A stretch of 64,000 bases of DNA from Hydrolagus colliei (taxonomy: Eukaryota): positions 8,618,001 to 8,682,000 of the forward strand of contig CM068748.1 in assembly GCA_035084275.1 (NCBI GenBank), written 5' to 3'. Made by a program: the position numbers and the translations under genes. Below the pieces are notes generated by a model. It was not told where the DNA came from and did not search any database. It saw only the letters and a list, made by a program, of their open reading frames with translations. Positions within the stretch are counted from its first letter, which is position 1, and the number at the start of each line of letters is the position of its first letter. Below, piece after piece: positions 24,114 to 37,032 of the stretch.

Positions 24114-26721
24114 TTAGTTTGGAGTATCAGTCAAGGCTGAGATGAGATCAAAGTGAAGCTTGAACCCATGAGCTCTGACTCTGATGTGAGTTTGCAAAAT
24201 GATAATAATGATAATGCATCAATATTTTAAAAATGCTCATTAGAAAACTGAATATTATGGATAAAGGCACTATATCAAAAGCAATAAGTATTATTATCAT
24301 TATTATAACAATTAAACTAGGGCAATATTCTCATTAATTAATATTGTAATATTTTTAAAATATTAAAACCCACAAATTCAACTTAATTGGATCAAGCCAA
24401 TAATTGGCTGAATGGGCATTTTTAATCCATTGATGGTTATCATTTATCATTGTGATATGCCAATATTAGAATGTGTGAAGTGGTGCTAATATTGTTAATA
24501 CTGTAGTACTCAATGCCTAAAATGCCCACTTTCCAACCTGAGATATTGGATTGTGTAATTACTGACACTCTAAAGATCTGCCGCATAATTGACAAAACAT
24601 AAGTGACATATACTATATCTGCTGCTATACTTGTTGATGGAGAGTTTTTCACGTCCTTGGGTTGTTTTTAGCCCCTTAAGCCAGAAGACATTTTCCTTTT
24701 GGGTAGGAATATACTTCATTTGCAGTTGTTGATATCACAGGAGATATGTGGATGAAGAGGATCCTATGGTTAACTGTTGCTACCAGAATAGCCACCCTAC
24801 CACCCACCCTATTTCAGCATCAAGTCATTTTGCGAAATCAGTCTATTGTCCCAACCTCCATCACCATTCTCAACTGTTGCTTATCACCTTGTTCATGATC
24901 TTAGTCATAAAATTATCCTTTATAACTTTAAACATGTGCCCTCTTCTGCTGGTGGCTTCTTATCTGAAAATTCTATTCTGAGTTTATATTATCACCAATC
25001 AAACACTTGACAATATATCCTGTTTAGCACATTGGAATGTCCTCCTGATGTGAAAACCTCTATAGCAAATTAAAAATAATTACAATATTACATTCTCTGG
25101 CACATTTAGAGTATTGGCATTAAACAAGAGAAACTTGCACCAGATTGGTGTAAGGGAATAGAGACGACGCACTCTGCCCTTAAGGGTGCTGACTAATTTT
25201 GTGTCCCTCGTAGAAAAGGTAAAAGGAAAATGTAGTCAACAAATCCCATCATTATCATTACATTCTTTTGCCTGTTCTCAGAAGACTATGTTTAAAAGAT
25301 AATTATGTCCGATATATGGGTAGATACCTTCAAGCAAGAGTCAATATTCTACTTGAGATGTTCATGAAAAATTAATCCTCAATGAAATGTTGATTTTCTC
25401 ATGTGTAAGCCATAATTAAGGTGCACAGCTCCATTGCATGTGAAGTGTGAACCTTATTAGGGATTAACTGTCTTTTCACATTTCGGAGAATGGATCTGAG
25501 ATAGTGGCATGAAAGAAAGCTGCTCAGACAGTCACAGCGTTCACTTGTGAACTACTGGTGAATTTTGCTGTGTGGAATAGAAATCTTGCTACAATTAGGA
25601 AGAAACAACACGGTGTTCCATAGCAGCAGACTGATGATGATCTTCCTCTGCAAAGCTTTCCCATCCACCCACTCGTGATAATAGATAGACACCTGCCTTC
25701 ATTAAGCCAACACGCCGCTTTGTCCCATGGGTTTAAGGATGCCTACAGAACAGGAAGGAGCTAGTTTTTCTGTCCGAGACAGTAACTGTGTTAATTAGGT
25801 CTGTTAGAAAATGTACCGATATATCACATTCTAGGATATACAGTCAACTGTGCAGGTTGTGACAAATTGTACTTTGCTCATCTTGGCAGCCACCGAACAT
25901 TCAAAACGTAAATACAGTATCAGGCGTTCAACTGTAGCCATCTGCTCACTTTACATTCTAAGTTACAAAACCAATGTTGTGTTTTATTTAACACCAAGGA
26001 AAAGCAAACTGATAATTACAATATAATCTGGGATTTTTCTTAGAATGGTCTGAGTTGGAGTTCGTTACTTCCGGTTGCCTTGACAATTTACTGCAAGGTA
26101 AATATTAAAATAAAGTTTACACATGGAAGTGCACATAAAATTAACATTTATAAATCCATGATAATAATAGCCATCCTTTTTTTGAAATGAACCATTCCTA
26201 CTTATTGCAATTGCCCAAGGGAGCTCAGCATAATTTACAATGGACACTGTCCATGCGAGGACAGAAATGCCTGCAGTTACACCTGTTCAGGTTTACTTTG
26301 CACTGATTTCTAAATGATTGGAACACCAAATCAACACAAGGCAAAATTTTATTTAGAAATTTGAAACTTAATTTTGAAGCGGCAGCCTACATGTTTTCTC
26401 TCACTATCATTCACCTTACAATTTTTAGATAGTTCACTTTGTGTCGAGAGACTTAAATTATAATTTGTTTTTTGAAGAATATCTGATCCTAACCTCATGT
26501 GAGGATATTAAAATGTTCACTGATTTATTGAGTATTCATGCAATTTAATTTTTTTAAAAAAAACATTGAGCAGATGGTTAACTAAAAGTTAAAATGCCAG
26601 CCAAGATCCAAGAGAGAAAAAGATTTGCTGATCCTTCCCGAAGCCTGCGGTAAGACCATATGTACTTCCCAAGTGACAACAAGGCAACTTCACTCAAAGA
26701 GAGAAAGAGGTTCCAAGTCAT

Positions 26722-27072
26722 ATTATAGCTTAGTAGTTAGAGCACTTGTTTAGCAAGCGAGAGGACAAGGGTTTGATTCCCAGCAGTGCAAGATATTGGG
26801 CAAGTTTCCTTACTCGATTTAATTTGCTTTAAGTCGGAACCCAGTTGTTAGTTGATTGGTGAATCGTTTTTCCAGGGATAATAATTTCTTCCGAAAAAAA
26901 ATAATAAGTTGGGCACTCAATCCACGACTGTTTGTGGGACACTGCTGTGTGCAATTGGCTGCCGCGCTTTGCCCATAAAATACACTTCACAGTGTATTCA
27001 CAAAGCTCTTTGGGAAAACTCAAAGAAGTGATAAAGCACTAAGTCAGATGCAAGGACTATCATTATGATTAT
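26722..27072 (+). mobile_element. Deu-domain SINE, long form
   Basis: Head, GGGCAAGTTTCCTTACTC, GGAACCCAGTTGTTAGTTGATTGG, CTGTTTGTGGGACACTGCTGTGTGCAATTGGCTGCCGCG, tail. Confidence 0.9.
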
Positions 27073-27349
27073 TGTGCACATTCAGAAAACAGACTCTACA
27101 GATTTAACTGGCCAGGTCACCAACAAGCTACCAGCCCGTCATTCTCATTTTACTTCCCATATTGTCTTCCTTTCTCAATAACAGACCACATTGAAATGGT
27201 TTTTGATATTTTCAATAAAATATTCCATTTCACTACAAGTCATGCAATTTATCTCTGCATAACACCCTAATAAATTGTGAAGAAACCAAATATTTCTCTA
27301 ATTTCCCATCATCAAATTATGAATATTAAATCAAATGTTAATCACTGCA

Positions 27350-27420
27350 AAATTCATTTGCATTTGATACAGTGCTTTTTACAACTTCTGGACATCTCTA
27401 AGTGCATCACAGAACATAGT
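27350..27420 (-). mobile_element. SINE 3' tail fragment
   Basis: TTGCATTTGATACAGTGCTTTT..GACATCTC..TCACAGAA. Confidence 0.75.
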
Positions 27421-27424
27421 ATCA

Positions 27425-27580
27425 CAACAACAACAAAATAACATTCGTATAGTGCCTTTCACATAGGGAGGCTGTCCCAAGGCGCTGGACAGTCAGTGTT
27501 TCAGACCCGAGTTGAGGGTCGGAACCAGGGAGGGTTGAGGGAAGGGAGGGTAAGTGGGGTGGCTGATGGCACTTTCAAAG
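27425..27580 (-). mobile_element. L2 3' end fragment
   Basis: (CAA)n..TATAGTGCCTTTCACAT..GTCCCAAGGCGCTGGACAGTC then purine-rich UTR. Confidence 0.8.
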
Positions 27581-29249
27581 GAGAATCTTGAAGTATTACT
27601 GGACAACAAGCATGAATAACTCAAATCTCCTTCGTTGAAATTTCAACAACATCCTGAATGTTTGCCTCAATAACAACTGCTTTATATCATCCTGTTGTGT
27701 ACAATCTTAAACAGATCAGGCAACAAGGATTTTAAATTAACTACAGTAAATGCATGTTCATGAAGAGGTAATCATAAACAAGAGATAAAAGAAAGGGTAT
27801 GTGATTCTGATCTTTTGCTGCAAGTTTCCAGTCAATGTGATGCTGTTATCAACAAATGTAATCAAATTATAGGCTACATTTGAAGGGCATTTGAAACAGT
27901 TAAAAGAGGTTATTCTAATTTTCTATATAGATCACCCTTGAGGTGACATTTGGAATATATTTTCCTCTTCCACTATCAAGTGTTCTGAGACGCTAACCTG
28001 CATGAAGGGCGTTGTGTAAATGCAAGTTATTGTTGCTGTATAAATAGACACATGCTATTCTGAGTGCCAGACTAGCTCTGAAAGAAAGTGCTTCGGAGAA
28101 GGTTTAGAAAAGTACAAAGATAATTTGATTTCAATGTATTAGAAAAGAATGGGAGAAAAATTAATTTAGATGTTGATCCTTTTTATTATTAAAAAATTTT
28201 TTCCATCTTAGCCTAAATGTACCTTTCATCTGCTGAATGTGTTTCATGGAACACACCGAAATCCATGCTCTGATGCGTCAGCATTCTTGTGGTTTGTGAA
28301 TGTTGAACTTTTAGATTACAAGAATTGGTTTGTTCGTTAAATAACTGGTAAAAAAAATTGAAGACACATTTAGTTTTATTTGCTTGGCTTTGTTGCTCCC
28401 CGGTGTTAACCAGCAAGCCGACACAGCAATCCAAATTCTAATGGAATAAAACATTTACTAGCCATAATTAACTGTAAGCAAGTTAAATCAGACCAGCTGT
28501 TTTCTCAGCCAATCAATTTCCCCTGGAGTTTTGGTTAAAATGACACAAATCTGAATCAGTTTATATTGCCTATAAAACTATTATATTCAATTGGGGGTGG
28601 GGGGTGGAACTTACGTGTTGTTGCCATGAATTGTTCATTAAGCAAACAAAAGCTTGACTTTTTCACACAAATTGCTGCCTTCAGCAAATTTTGTTTTTTG
28701 TTTAGTTTAGAAGACTATTTATATGTTTATGCATTTCCCTTTGTTTTTGTACAAATGCATGACATAGATTTTCTCGGGTCAAAACTTGATGAACTGAAAT
28801 AACACAACACATATCCTTGACAGAGATTTTAGTAAATAATAGAAAAATATCTTCTTTAAATCAATATTGTCTTCTTTATCGTCTAGGAAAAGATGAAATA
28901 AATTCTGAGAAACCAATTGATTTTTAAAATGCAACAAAAGAATACTCTTGCATTGACACTCAAAATATGATAGAACCTTTCCTTATTACAGCCTTGCAGT
29001 TCTTTCAAAGAATAAATGAATAGCCAGCGACCTTGAAGCAAACATAAGGCAATTGAACATGTAAATCTTAGTACTGTCGTGTTGTAGTGTTGTAAAGAAC
29101 AGATGTTCTTTGCTGCTGGAGAAGATTCCATCTGCTTCAAAAGAAAGCAATAGAAAACTGTAAACTGCAGCTTACTTAACAGCTTCTAATTTTTGGAAGA
29201 GAATGGTGTGAAATATAAATACAGGCAAATTGTCTTCACTTAAAATATC

Positions 29250-29376
29250 GTTTAGCCCACAAAATATAAAGTCAATTCAATTTACAATACATTCTGTGAA
29301 GTGCTTTGAGATGCCTCAAAGGTGTGATAATGTGCTACTGTTTAGCAAATGTAGAAAGTATTATTATTATTATTAT
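29250..29376 (+). mobile_element. SINE 3' tail fragment
   Basis: GCCCACAAAATAT..GTCAATTCA..CTGTGAAGTGCTTTGAGATG..(ATT)n. Confidence 0.8.
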
Positions 29377-29737
29377 GGTTATTATGTCAAATTAGACATC
29401 TTATTAGAATTCACTGCTATAATACAATTATATAGAAATATTGTCACTGATTTCTAACATAGTAATATCAAAGTTACTATGAGACAGTAACTATAAAATC
29501 ACTGTCTTTCCTCAACGATTAAACCATATTCAATAAAGCTGATAGCATTTTTATATACTATATATAAAAATAAGTATTTATGTGCCAGGGAAATCAATTC
29601 AAAGAAAGTTTTTAAAAACGTGAAATGTTGTCCTAACAAATCAGTTTTGCTTTGTTTAGGACAAGTTGACTGTTGCAATCAGCATTCAAGAGAAGCTCCT
29701 GATCAGCCATGACTATAACATGGTTTTTCTGGAGTAA

Positions 29738-29810
29738 AATAATACCCCTTACATTTGATAATAGTGTCTCTCATAACAAAAAAACATCCCAAGGCGTTTC
29801 ACAGGATATA
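29738..29810 (-). mobile_element. SINE/L2-type tail fragment abutting the next SINE
   Basis: CTTACATTTGATAATAGTG..CATCCCAAGGCGTTTCACAGGATATA. Confidence 0.65.
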
Positions 29811-30050
29811 AACCTTGGGCAGGTTTACTTACTCCACCCACCTGATAATAATTCCTCCAGAAAAAAGACAATGATAAATTATTCACTTCAATCCATAACT
29901 GTTTGTGGGACACTGCAGTGTCAAATTGGCTACCACATTTCATCCACAAATATAGTCAATTCACTTTACAGTGTATTGTTGAAGCGCTTTGAGATGTCTA
30001 AAATATGTAAAAAGTGCTACAGTAAATGCAAGCAATATTATTATTATAAT
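29810..30050 (+). mobile_element. Deu-domain SINE, short form, headless
   Basis: AACCTTGGGCAGGTTT..CCTGATAATAAT..CTGTTTGTGGGACAC..tail. Confidence 0.85.
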
Positions 30051-30098
30051 GTATCTGTATACTGTAATTATCGGTTTTGTGGGCAAAATTCTGAGTGG

Positions 30099-30240
30099 TA
30101 CAACAACAACAACAACACCTTCAATTTATATAGTGCCCGCATGCCAGACGGCATCTCAGAGCGCTTTACAATAACGGATCCCGGGCCTGAGCCAGGGGGA
30201 GGGGGAAAAAGATGACCGAAAGTCAAAAAGAAAGGTCTTC
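30099..30240 (-). mobile_element. L2 3' end with variant stem-loop
   Basis: (CAA)n..TATAGTGCCCGCATGCCAGACGGCATCTCAGAGCGCTTTACAA; continuation resembles 22190-22270. Confidence 0.8.
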
Positions 30241-32399
30241 AGTACAAACAGTTGCAGGCAAAATGAAGTATGTAAGATCACAGCCTTATACAGTATTTGT
30301 CAAGTTAACACTACCTCAATTATGGTGCTTTGAGTTGTAAAGCAGAAAACATACCATCAAGTTAGCCTTAAATTGCTGCAGACCTACCTAGCAATATAGC
30401 ACGCACATTCCTCATAATCAGTTCAGCCCCAGGTAACCAGATTGTCATTTATTTATGATGTGCTCTTCTCAACCACTGAACCGCACACACAACATTGTTC
30501 TCACCAAAGTCTTCATTACTGGTATAGTACAGCCATTCTGACCCAACAACTATTCTTTGATTGAAGCAAGGGAGAAATGTGCACGTACAGTACAAATTGT
30601 TCAAGTCAGTAAATAGATAAATTACAAAAGCTTATTATATTAATTGGTTTCAGTTTTGTGAGCACAGATGTCAACCAACATGGGACTGAGTGTGAAGCTG
30701 CAATTCATTCTCATGAACGTCCATAGACATTCCTCATTTACCATACTATTCCAAGGCACAATAGTGTCTTGGTAAGGCACAATAAGCATGTTTACAACAC
30801 AGATCTTCCCCTATCGCGTGTTGCTAAAAATGATCCTTGGTACTTTTGAGAGAATCAAATCCTCCTTTTTTCTTACTTATGTTATATTGATAAATACATT
30901 TCCATTCATCATTTACAAATATCAAAGCAATATCATATACATAAACATCCTCACATCATTATATTTGAAATATAATGTAACAGAGAGATTCAGAAGAGTC
31001 TGAAAACAGAGGTCTGAAAACTGAATACAGTAGTATGAAAAGAAATCTCACCTTTACAAAACCATTTTACATTGACAATTTTCTGGATATTGCAGGTTAT
31101 ACAGGATCCCAAGAGGTGCAATTTTGTGACATAAACCTAATCTTTATCTTTGCTTTTGTCAAAAATACCCAATTGGACCTTGATGAATAATTTTCATTTG
31201 GTATCACAAATGACAATTTCAGTGTTGAAGTAGCAATGGAGCAAGAATCAGCTTAAAATGAATGTGCATTTCATAAATCTGTCAGTGCAAATCTCAATTT
31301 ACCCTTTTGGTATGCAGAATGCATTGTGCTAAAGTCCTTTCATACATTATGCATTATTTCTATGGTTTCACCTTAGGGTATCACAGTAATTCATTTTCAT
31401 AATTTCAGCATATTTTTCACTCTATGAATCTAACTGGTGAATGGAAGGAACCAAGCAGGTCTACTTGTTCCACAGAATTGCAAATTATTTTTGCCTTATA
31501 ACTTTCCATTTAGTTAGGAGAATGTTCCTAATGTTTCACAAGCTGGAGTACATTAACACTGTCATAATTTCACATATACAGACCTAGTAATTACTTCTAT
31601 GAGGATATCTGCAAATATTTGTTTGGTTTAAATAAAAAATTTTGTACACTGCGTATGAGGGAGAGATGGGCAGAGAGAGGCAGACAGCAGTGGCCAAACA
31701 CTAATGCACACAATAAGGTTATATACACCCACTGACAACAACTCATAATAAATACTGTACACAACAACAACCACCCCACACCCACTTCCTGCCTCCCCCA
31801 TTTAGTATGATCTTTAGAAACACCAACACCAGGATAATTCAAGACTATCAAAGGAGCACTGTGTTCCAACACTTTCCTTTTATCTAGATTTCAGACGAGT
31901 ATCCCAATTGCATCAATTCTGTGAAGGAGCCCTAAGGAATGAGATCTAGCAACTCATTTCTAAATTATGACAGCCACAGTGCTGTGGATTTGTGCCAAAG
32001 TACAAATGAGGTTAACTTGTTCAAACCGTTTTCATTTAGCACTTTCAACTATCATAACAAAAGCATAGAAGGTCATTCAGCTCATCAAATTGCTTCCTCC
32101 ACTTATCACTTAAAGTCTTGCCTTTTTGTGGATCCTACATCAAAGAATTTCTGCTATGTTGACCCAGGCATTTAACATTTACAGTTGATATTTTCAGGAA
32201 TAGCTAGCCAGTTTCAATCAATCTGCGGACTTTAATAATTAAACTATTTCCATTACGATTTCACCACAATTCAATTGGGAATTGATAGCACTGCATAGCC
32301 CCTTGCCAGCAGTTAGCCATATTCTGTTGTGAGACATAGTGTATTCCACAATCACAAGCAGTAAACACAGGGATTAGAAGTAGGGCTCATCTTGCATAG

Positions 32400-32520
32400 T
32401 TACTGAGAGTGATGTAGCATGGCCCAAATAGCCTGTGCCAGCGTTTCCAGTTTACATCCACACGGCCTCCACCCCTCCTATATCTGCTATCCCCATTCTC
32501 CCTCATTTATGCAGTTAATG
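32400..32520 (-). mobile_element. CR1 3' end remnant
   Basis: GGCCCAAATAGCCTGTGCCAGCG..ATCCAC..; reverse complement resembles 3130-3200. Confidence 0.45.
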
Positions 32521-34882
32521 TTATTTTAAAAGGATTGCAATAAAATTTGAGGCCTTATAAATATATTTCTATACCTGCAAAAGAAGACAATATTCACAAT
32601 TTCACTATGTTATTGTTGACATATGGAACTTTGTGCAAACACCAATGTAAAGATTAAGCAACCAGTGCTCAAACATACAACATAGTTCCAAACATAGTAC
32701 AATGTAGTTTCAAAACTTCAGTTTTGAGAAACAGATTTATCTGCTCAGCCACCTGTCGGACCGAGCCTAAGCTATCCTGAGGAAACTGTAAATTTTGACA
32801 TTTTTTAAAATATTACAAGACCCCAGATTTATCTTTTTAATCTATAAAACAACCAGTTCCTGATTGGCAATACAGTTCTGCAACACTCACATGAAAAATT
32901 ATAGATACTGTATTATATTAATATATATATATCTGTCCTAATCATTCAGTGATGCAAAAGAATGAAACCTTTGTAAAACTGTCAACTTTAAGTGGTTCTT
33001 GATTCGACAAAACAGGTTGAGCCAGTTAGTTAGTATTGAATACAGAACATTTAATTGAACTACCTCTGCTCCTTATGTACCATATGTATAATATACAGAA
33101 AGATAAAAGGCCAGTTGTGCTTCAAACAAGTTGTCAACTCAGACCAAATACAATCTGATCTTTCAGTCACGCCACTCAAATAATTTATTCTCCTGAGAGA
33201 CAAGTCATCTTTCGCTGGTTATCTTCTTGGTGTGACATTTACACATTGCCCCAGTTGTTGAAGCTCGTTCCATAATATTCACCCAACTCCATGTAAATCC
33301 ACTGACTTTAGTCAGTATTTAAGATAACCACAACACAAAGTATTCCTTTTAATCAAGACTTATTTAACTGTGGTTAATTTAATATTTATCGGTTTCTATT
33401 CCATGGCTTGCATCTTTCAGCTGAATAAGTGCCTTCAATAAAGTGTATTGTCAGCAAGATTTCTTCACAGTGGCAGTGCTAGCCACTCAAAATCCATATA
33501 TCCTTAGTTGTGTTGATAAATTTTGGTTTTGATAGGCATAATTGTACAAATATTCCCCTAAAGTACAATTACAGGATTCATTTATTTCAATGTAGACTTA
33601 GTTAAATAATATTGATTCTGATAAACCAATGTGCAAAGTAGAGTTTTATTTCCCAAACGAGTATGGAAGTGAAGCATTATATCACTGTAGTTCCAATAAT
33701 ACTGCACAATAGCACCCAAGCTAAATGTCAAATTTTATTAAACAAGCCAGATATATGTCAGCCATGTCACAGTGCGAAAATAAACTAAAGTGGAACAGCA
33801 CTATTCCTTCCTATATATTATATGGCTTCAAACTTGTTGTCAATATAAAGCTAAGTAAGTAAAAGTAAGTAAAGCTCCTACAGTTTAATCTCAACAAAGA
33901 CATATTACCATCATTCAATGCACTCCAGCATATATCTGGCACTGCATATCAAACTTGGAATGGCCAAAGTAGTCTTGCAAATTAAACTTCTTCCGTAATG
34001 AATAATGTACAAATGGAGACTGTAAAAGAGAAATGCTAATTAGGAATTCATTTCACATACTCTCAAGATCCAGCCAATTTTGGTCTGCCAAATGGATCAA
34101 ACAAGACGTGGTCACCAAGGTCAGCAGATTTTTGTTGATGATGATAGAATCAGCTTTCATTTGCATGCAGGCTTTACTGTGCTCCATAAAGTTTTCATTC
34201 TCTGCTCAGGATGACTCGCACACATAGAAAAAGAGCTGAAAAGCTGAATCAGCAGTTGGTTTTCAACATTAACATTCAATCCATAGGGAACAGGACAGTC
34301 ATCGAGACCTGAAGATTTCAGATGAGGAGGTAATGAACCAGAGGTAATGCGCATCTATTCTGAAACACTTATATAAAAAAACGGAGTTGTCAGAGAACCA
34401 AGGAATTGAGAGATAAAATTGTAATGTAGAATATAAACTTGCCGAGTACTGGAAAACAAGTTAATCTCTATATACTGAGGAAAATGGATAGTGATTGTTT
34501 TTAAATGTCATCTCTACAACCTTAATTCTGAATGTTAAAACAACGATTTTGTACAGATGAACACGGAGACAAGGATAGAGAGAATAACTATATGTTGCAT
34601 GAATATAGCAATGGATGGATCTATAGGACTAAAATTTAATAGCTGCCAATTTATAGGAAGACTTGTTACTCAGTGATAAAGTAGAAATATGCATCAAGGA
34701 TCATCAGTATTCAAAAGCATTCTGAGGGATCCAGCTATGAATGAAAATCCTCTTGTCAAAAAGATTTTGTGCCAGGTTACACATCTATGCAATGGCTACT
34801 AGTGGTTGCTCATTGCTAAACTAATTAATTTTCTGTTGCTTTTCATCACTTCTTCCATCTCCAGGATCTAATTGCCTTTCAA

Positions 34883-35012
34883 GTAATAATGCTTGCATTT
34901 CTTATAGTGCCTTATCATGTATTCGAGACATGTCAAAGAGCTTCACGGGATATACTGTAAAGTGAATTGACTGTATATTTTGTGGGTTGGCAGAACATTG
35001 CTGCCGTTTATG
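34883..35012 (-). mobile_element. SINE 3' tail
   Basis: CTTGCATTT..CTTCACGGGATATACTGTAAAGTGAATTGACTGTATATTTTGTGGG. Confidence 0.85.
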
Positions 35013-35314
35013 CCACAATTTGAAAATAAACTGTCTGACAATAATCCAAAGGAGAAACAAGAACCGGATTATCTCAGAATACCAACAAAATGATGATCGG
35101 GTTAAAAGGTACAATTTCACATGTGATTCATTCTACTAATTCAAACATTTCTGCCACATTTAGTTTATTACAACATGGGAGCAGTATATGGCATTGGATT
35201 TCTTGTCTTACATACACTCAGGTTTGTTCATCCAGAAGCTCTCATATTACTCAAACACCATCCATAGATTGGTCTACAATCCATTCTATTTTTAAAAAAT
35301 GTTTTAAATATCAA

Positions 35315-35805
35315 TATCTTACTCCAAAAGCAGCTGAAATTCTGGTTCATGCCTTTATCACCTCTCGGCTGGACTACTCCAATGCCCTCCTTGAGGGTCT
35401 CCCCTCCTCCACCATCCACAAAATACAGCTCATTCAAAAGTCTACCGCCCACATTCTCACCCACACAAAACTTGATGCCCCTATTACCCCAGTCCCTACC
35501 AAACTGTACTGGCTCCTTGTCTCAGATCGGATTGACTTCAGGATCCTCACTCTTGTGTTTAAATCATTCCACTCTGTGGCACCCACCTACCTTTCTAACG
35601 TCTTCTCTCCTCACACCAGTATCTGTTACATATTAGGTCCAGCCTCCTCCTTGTCCCCTGATTCTCCACTCCACCATCAGCTTTCAGCCTTCAGCCACTT
35701 TCAGTGCTTTCAGCTACTATGTCACAAAACTTTGGAACTCCCCCACTCAATCCCTTTGCCTTACTGCCTCGTTTCCTTTCACAATCTTCAGGTCATGCTG
35801 ACACA
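35315..35805 (+). mobile_element. L2 ORF2 C-terminal fragment
   Basis: LTPKAAEILVHAFITSRLDYSNALLEGLP..ITPV..LYWL..RIDFRILTLVFKS..APTYLS, typical L2-clade motifs. Confidence 0.92.
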
Positions 35806-36711
35806 TAAGTCTAACTCACCAACTCTCCTGCAAAGAAGCTATGGATAAAATATAGTGATCTAAATTTGGTCTTCTAGGAATATCAAAAGAGTCAATTGGC
35901 ATGATTTCATTTTCCAATTAACAGGATAAGAAAATTATAAAGAGGAATGTTATTAAGATGATCCTAAACTTTGGAAACTGTGGTGCCATCAATTGGACAC
36001 TACCACAAGAGATAGTAAGAGGATCTTTTGGATATCAGAAATGTGTTCCCCAATAGATTTAGAAGGGTAAAATATGTTGTCACACACACTTTTAAAATGG
36101 ATAATGATAATCCACACTGGAATAAAACAATGAATAGCTGAAAGAAAAAAACAATCTGGAGATTATTTATCGACTAAAATAACGCGCCATTGCAAGGCAG
36201 GTTTTGGCAATTGCAATCACATAATGGAATGCACTTCTTTGTGCAACAATATGTTTTATAATGTAAAAATAAGTTGTACTAAGAATTGTACAAAATTGTA
36301 TTCCCAAATAATAATGCTGCTTCACTATTATCCCTGCTGTATTAATTAAATTAGTTCCATTACTTCCAAATATTTTAATAACAAATTTAAGAAAAACTCA
36401 TATTTAAACAGATTGTGTTGGAAGGATTGGGATAACCTTCTTTCACCAAAAAAAGAGTGGTTACCCTAGAAACAGAAAAAATCACTCTTAAAAAACACAG
36501 GTTTTGCATTTGAGCCCCAAGGCAAGCTGCCATTTACACTGAGTCACAACTTCATTTTTATTTTGGTAACAGAGAAGAAAAAATAACCAAGAAACACAGT
36601 TCTCTGATGCTACATTATAAATTCAACGCTAGAATTCTGCATGTCACCTTGAGGATAACAATTGATTGTAAAAGCAGCAAACACTTTTCTGGACGGGGGA
36701 ACATAGATTTT

Positions 36712-37032
36712 GGAGCTCCTGTGGCTCAGTGGTTAGAGCACTTGTCTTGCAAGCTGGGGAGACCAAGCTGGGGAGACCTGTGTTCGAATCCAGGCAGGTC
36801 ATGGCAAAACCTTGGGCAAGTTTCCTTACTCCACATGCCCAATAACAATCCCTCCAAAAAAACCACAATAATAAAATTGGTCATTTCAATCCACGACTGT
36901 TTGTGGTACACTGCTGTGCGCAATTGGCTGCCGCGATTATATACAGTCAATTCACTTTACAGTATATTCTGTGAAGCGCTTTGGGACGTTGATAAGATGC
37001 AGATAGCGCTGTATCAAATGCAAGGATTATTT
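36712..37032 (+). mobile_element. Deu-domain SINE, short form, intact A and B boxes
   Basis: A box TGGCTCAGTGG 36722-36732, B box GTTCGAATCC 36782-36791, Deu core with CpGs, tail. Confidence 0.92.

Larger units (their letters stand above)
23826..24190 (-). mobile_element. Old DeuSINE split by a CR1 fragment
   Basis: Left part GGGACCTTAGTTTAACTTCTCAT..CCCCAGTACT; right part GGAGTATCAG..CTTGAACCCATG..CTGACTCTG. Confidence 0.55.

Noticed and set aside
29709-30215. 168-aa ORF and similar ORFs at 36607 and 53117 sharing peptide motifs
   Set aside because: Read-through of non-coding SINE copies, not a gene family
35090-35848. Longest ORF (252 aa) as a host gene
   Set aside because: Core is an L2 ORF2 C-terminal fragment that shifts frame; flanks are chance open sequence
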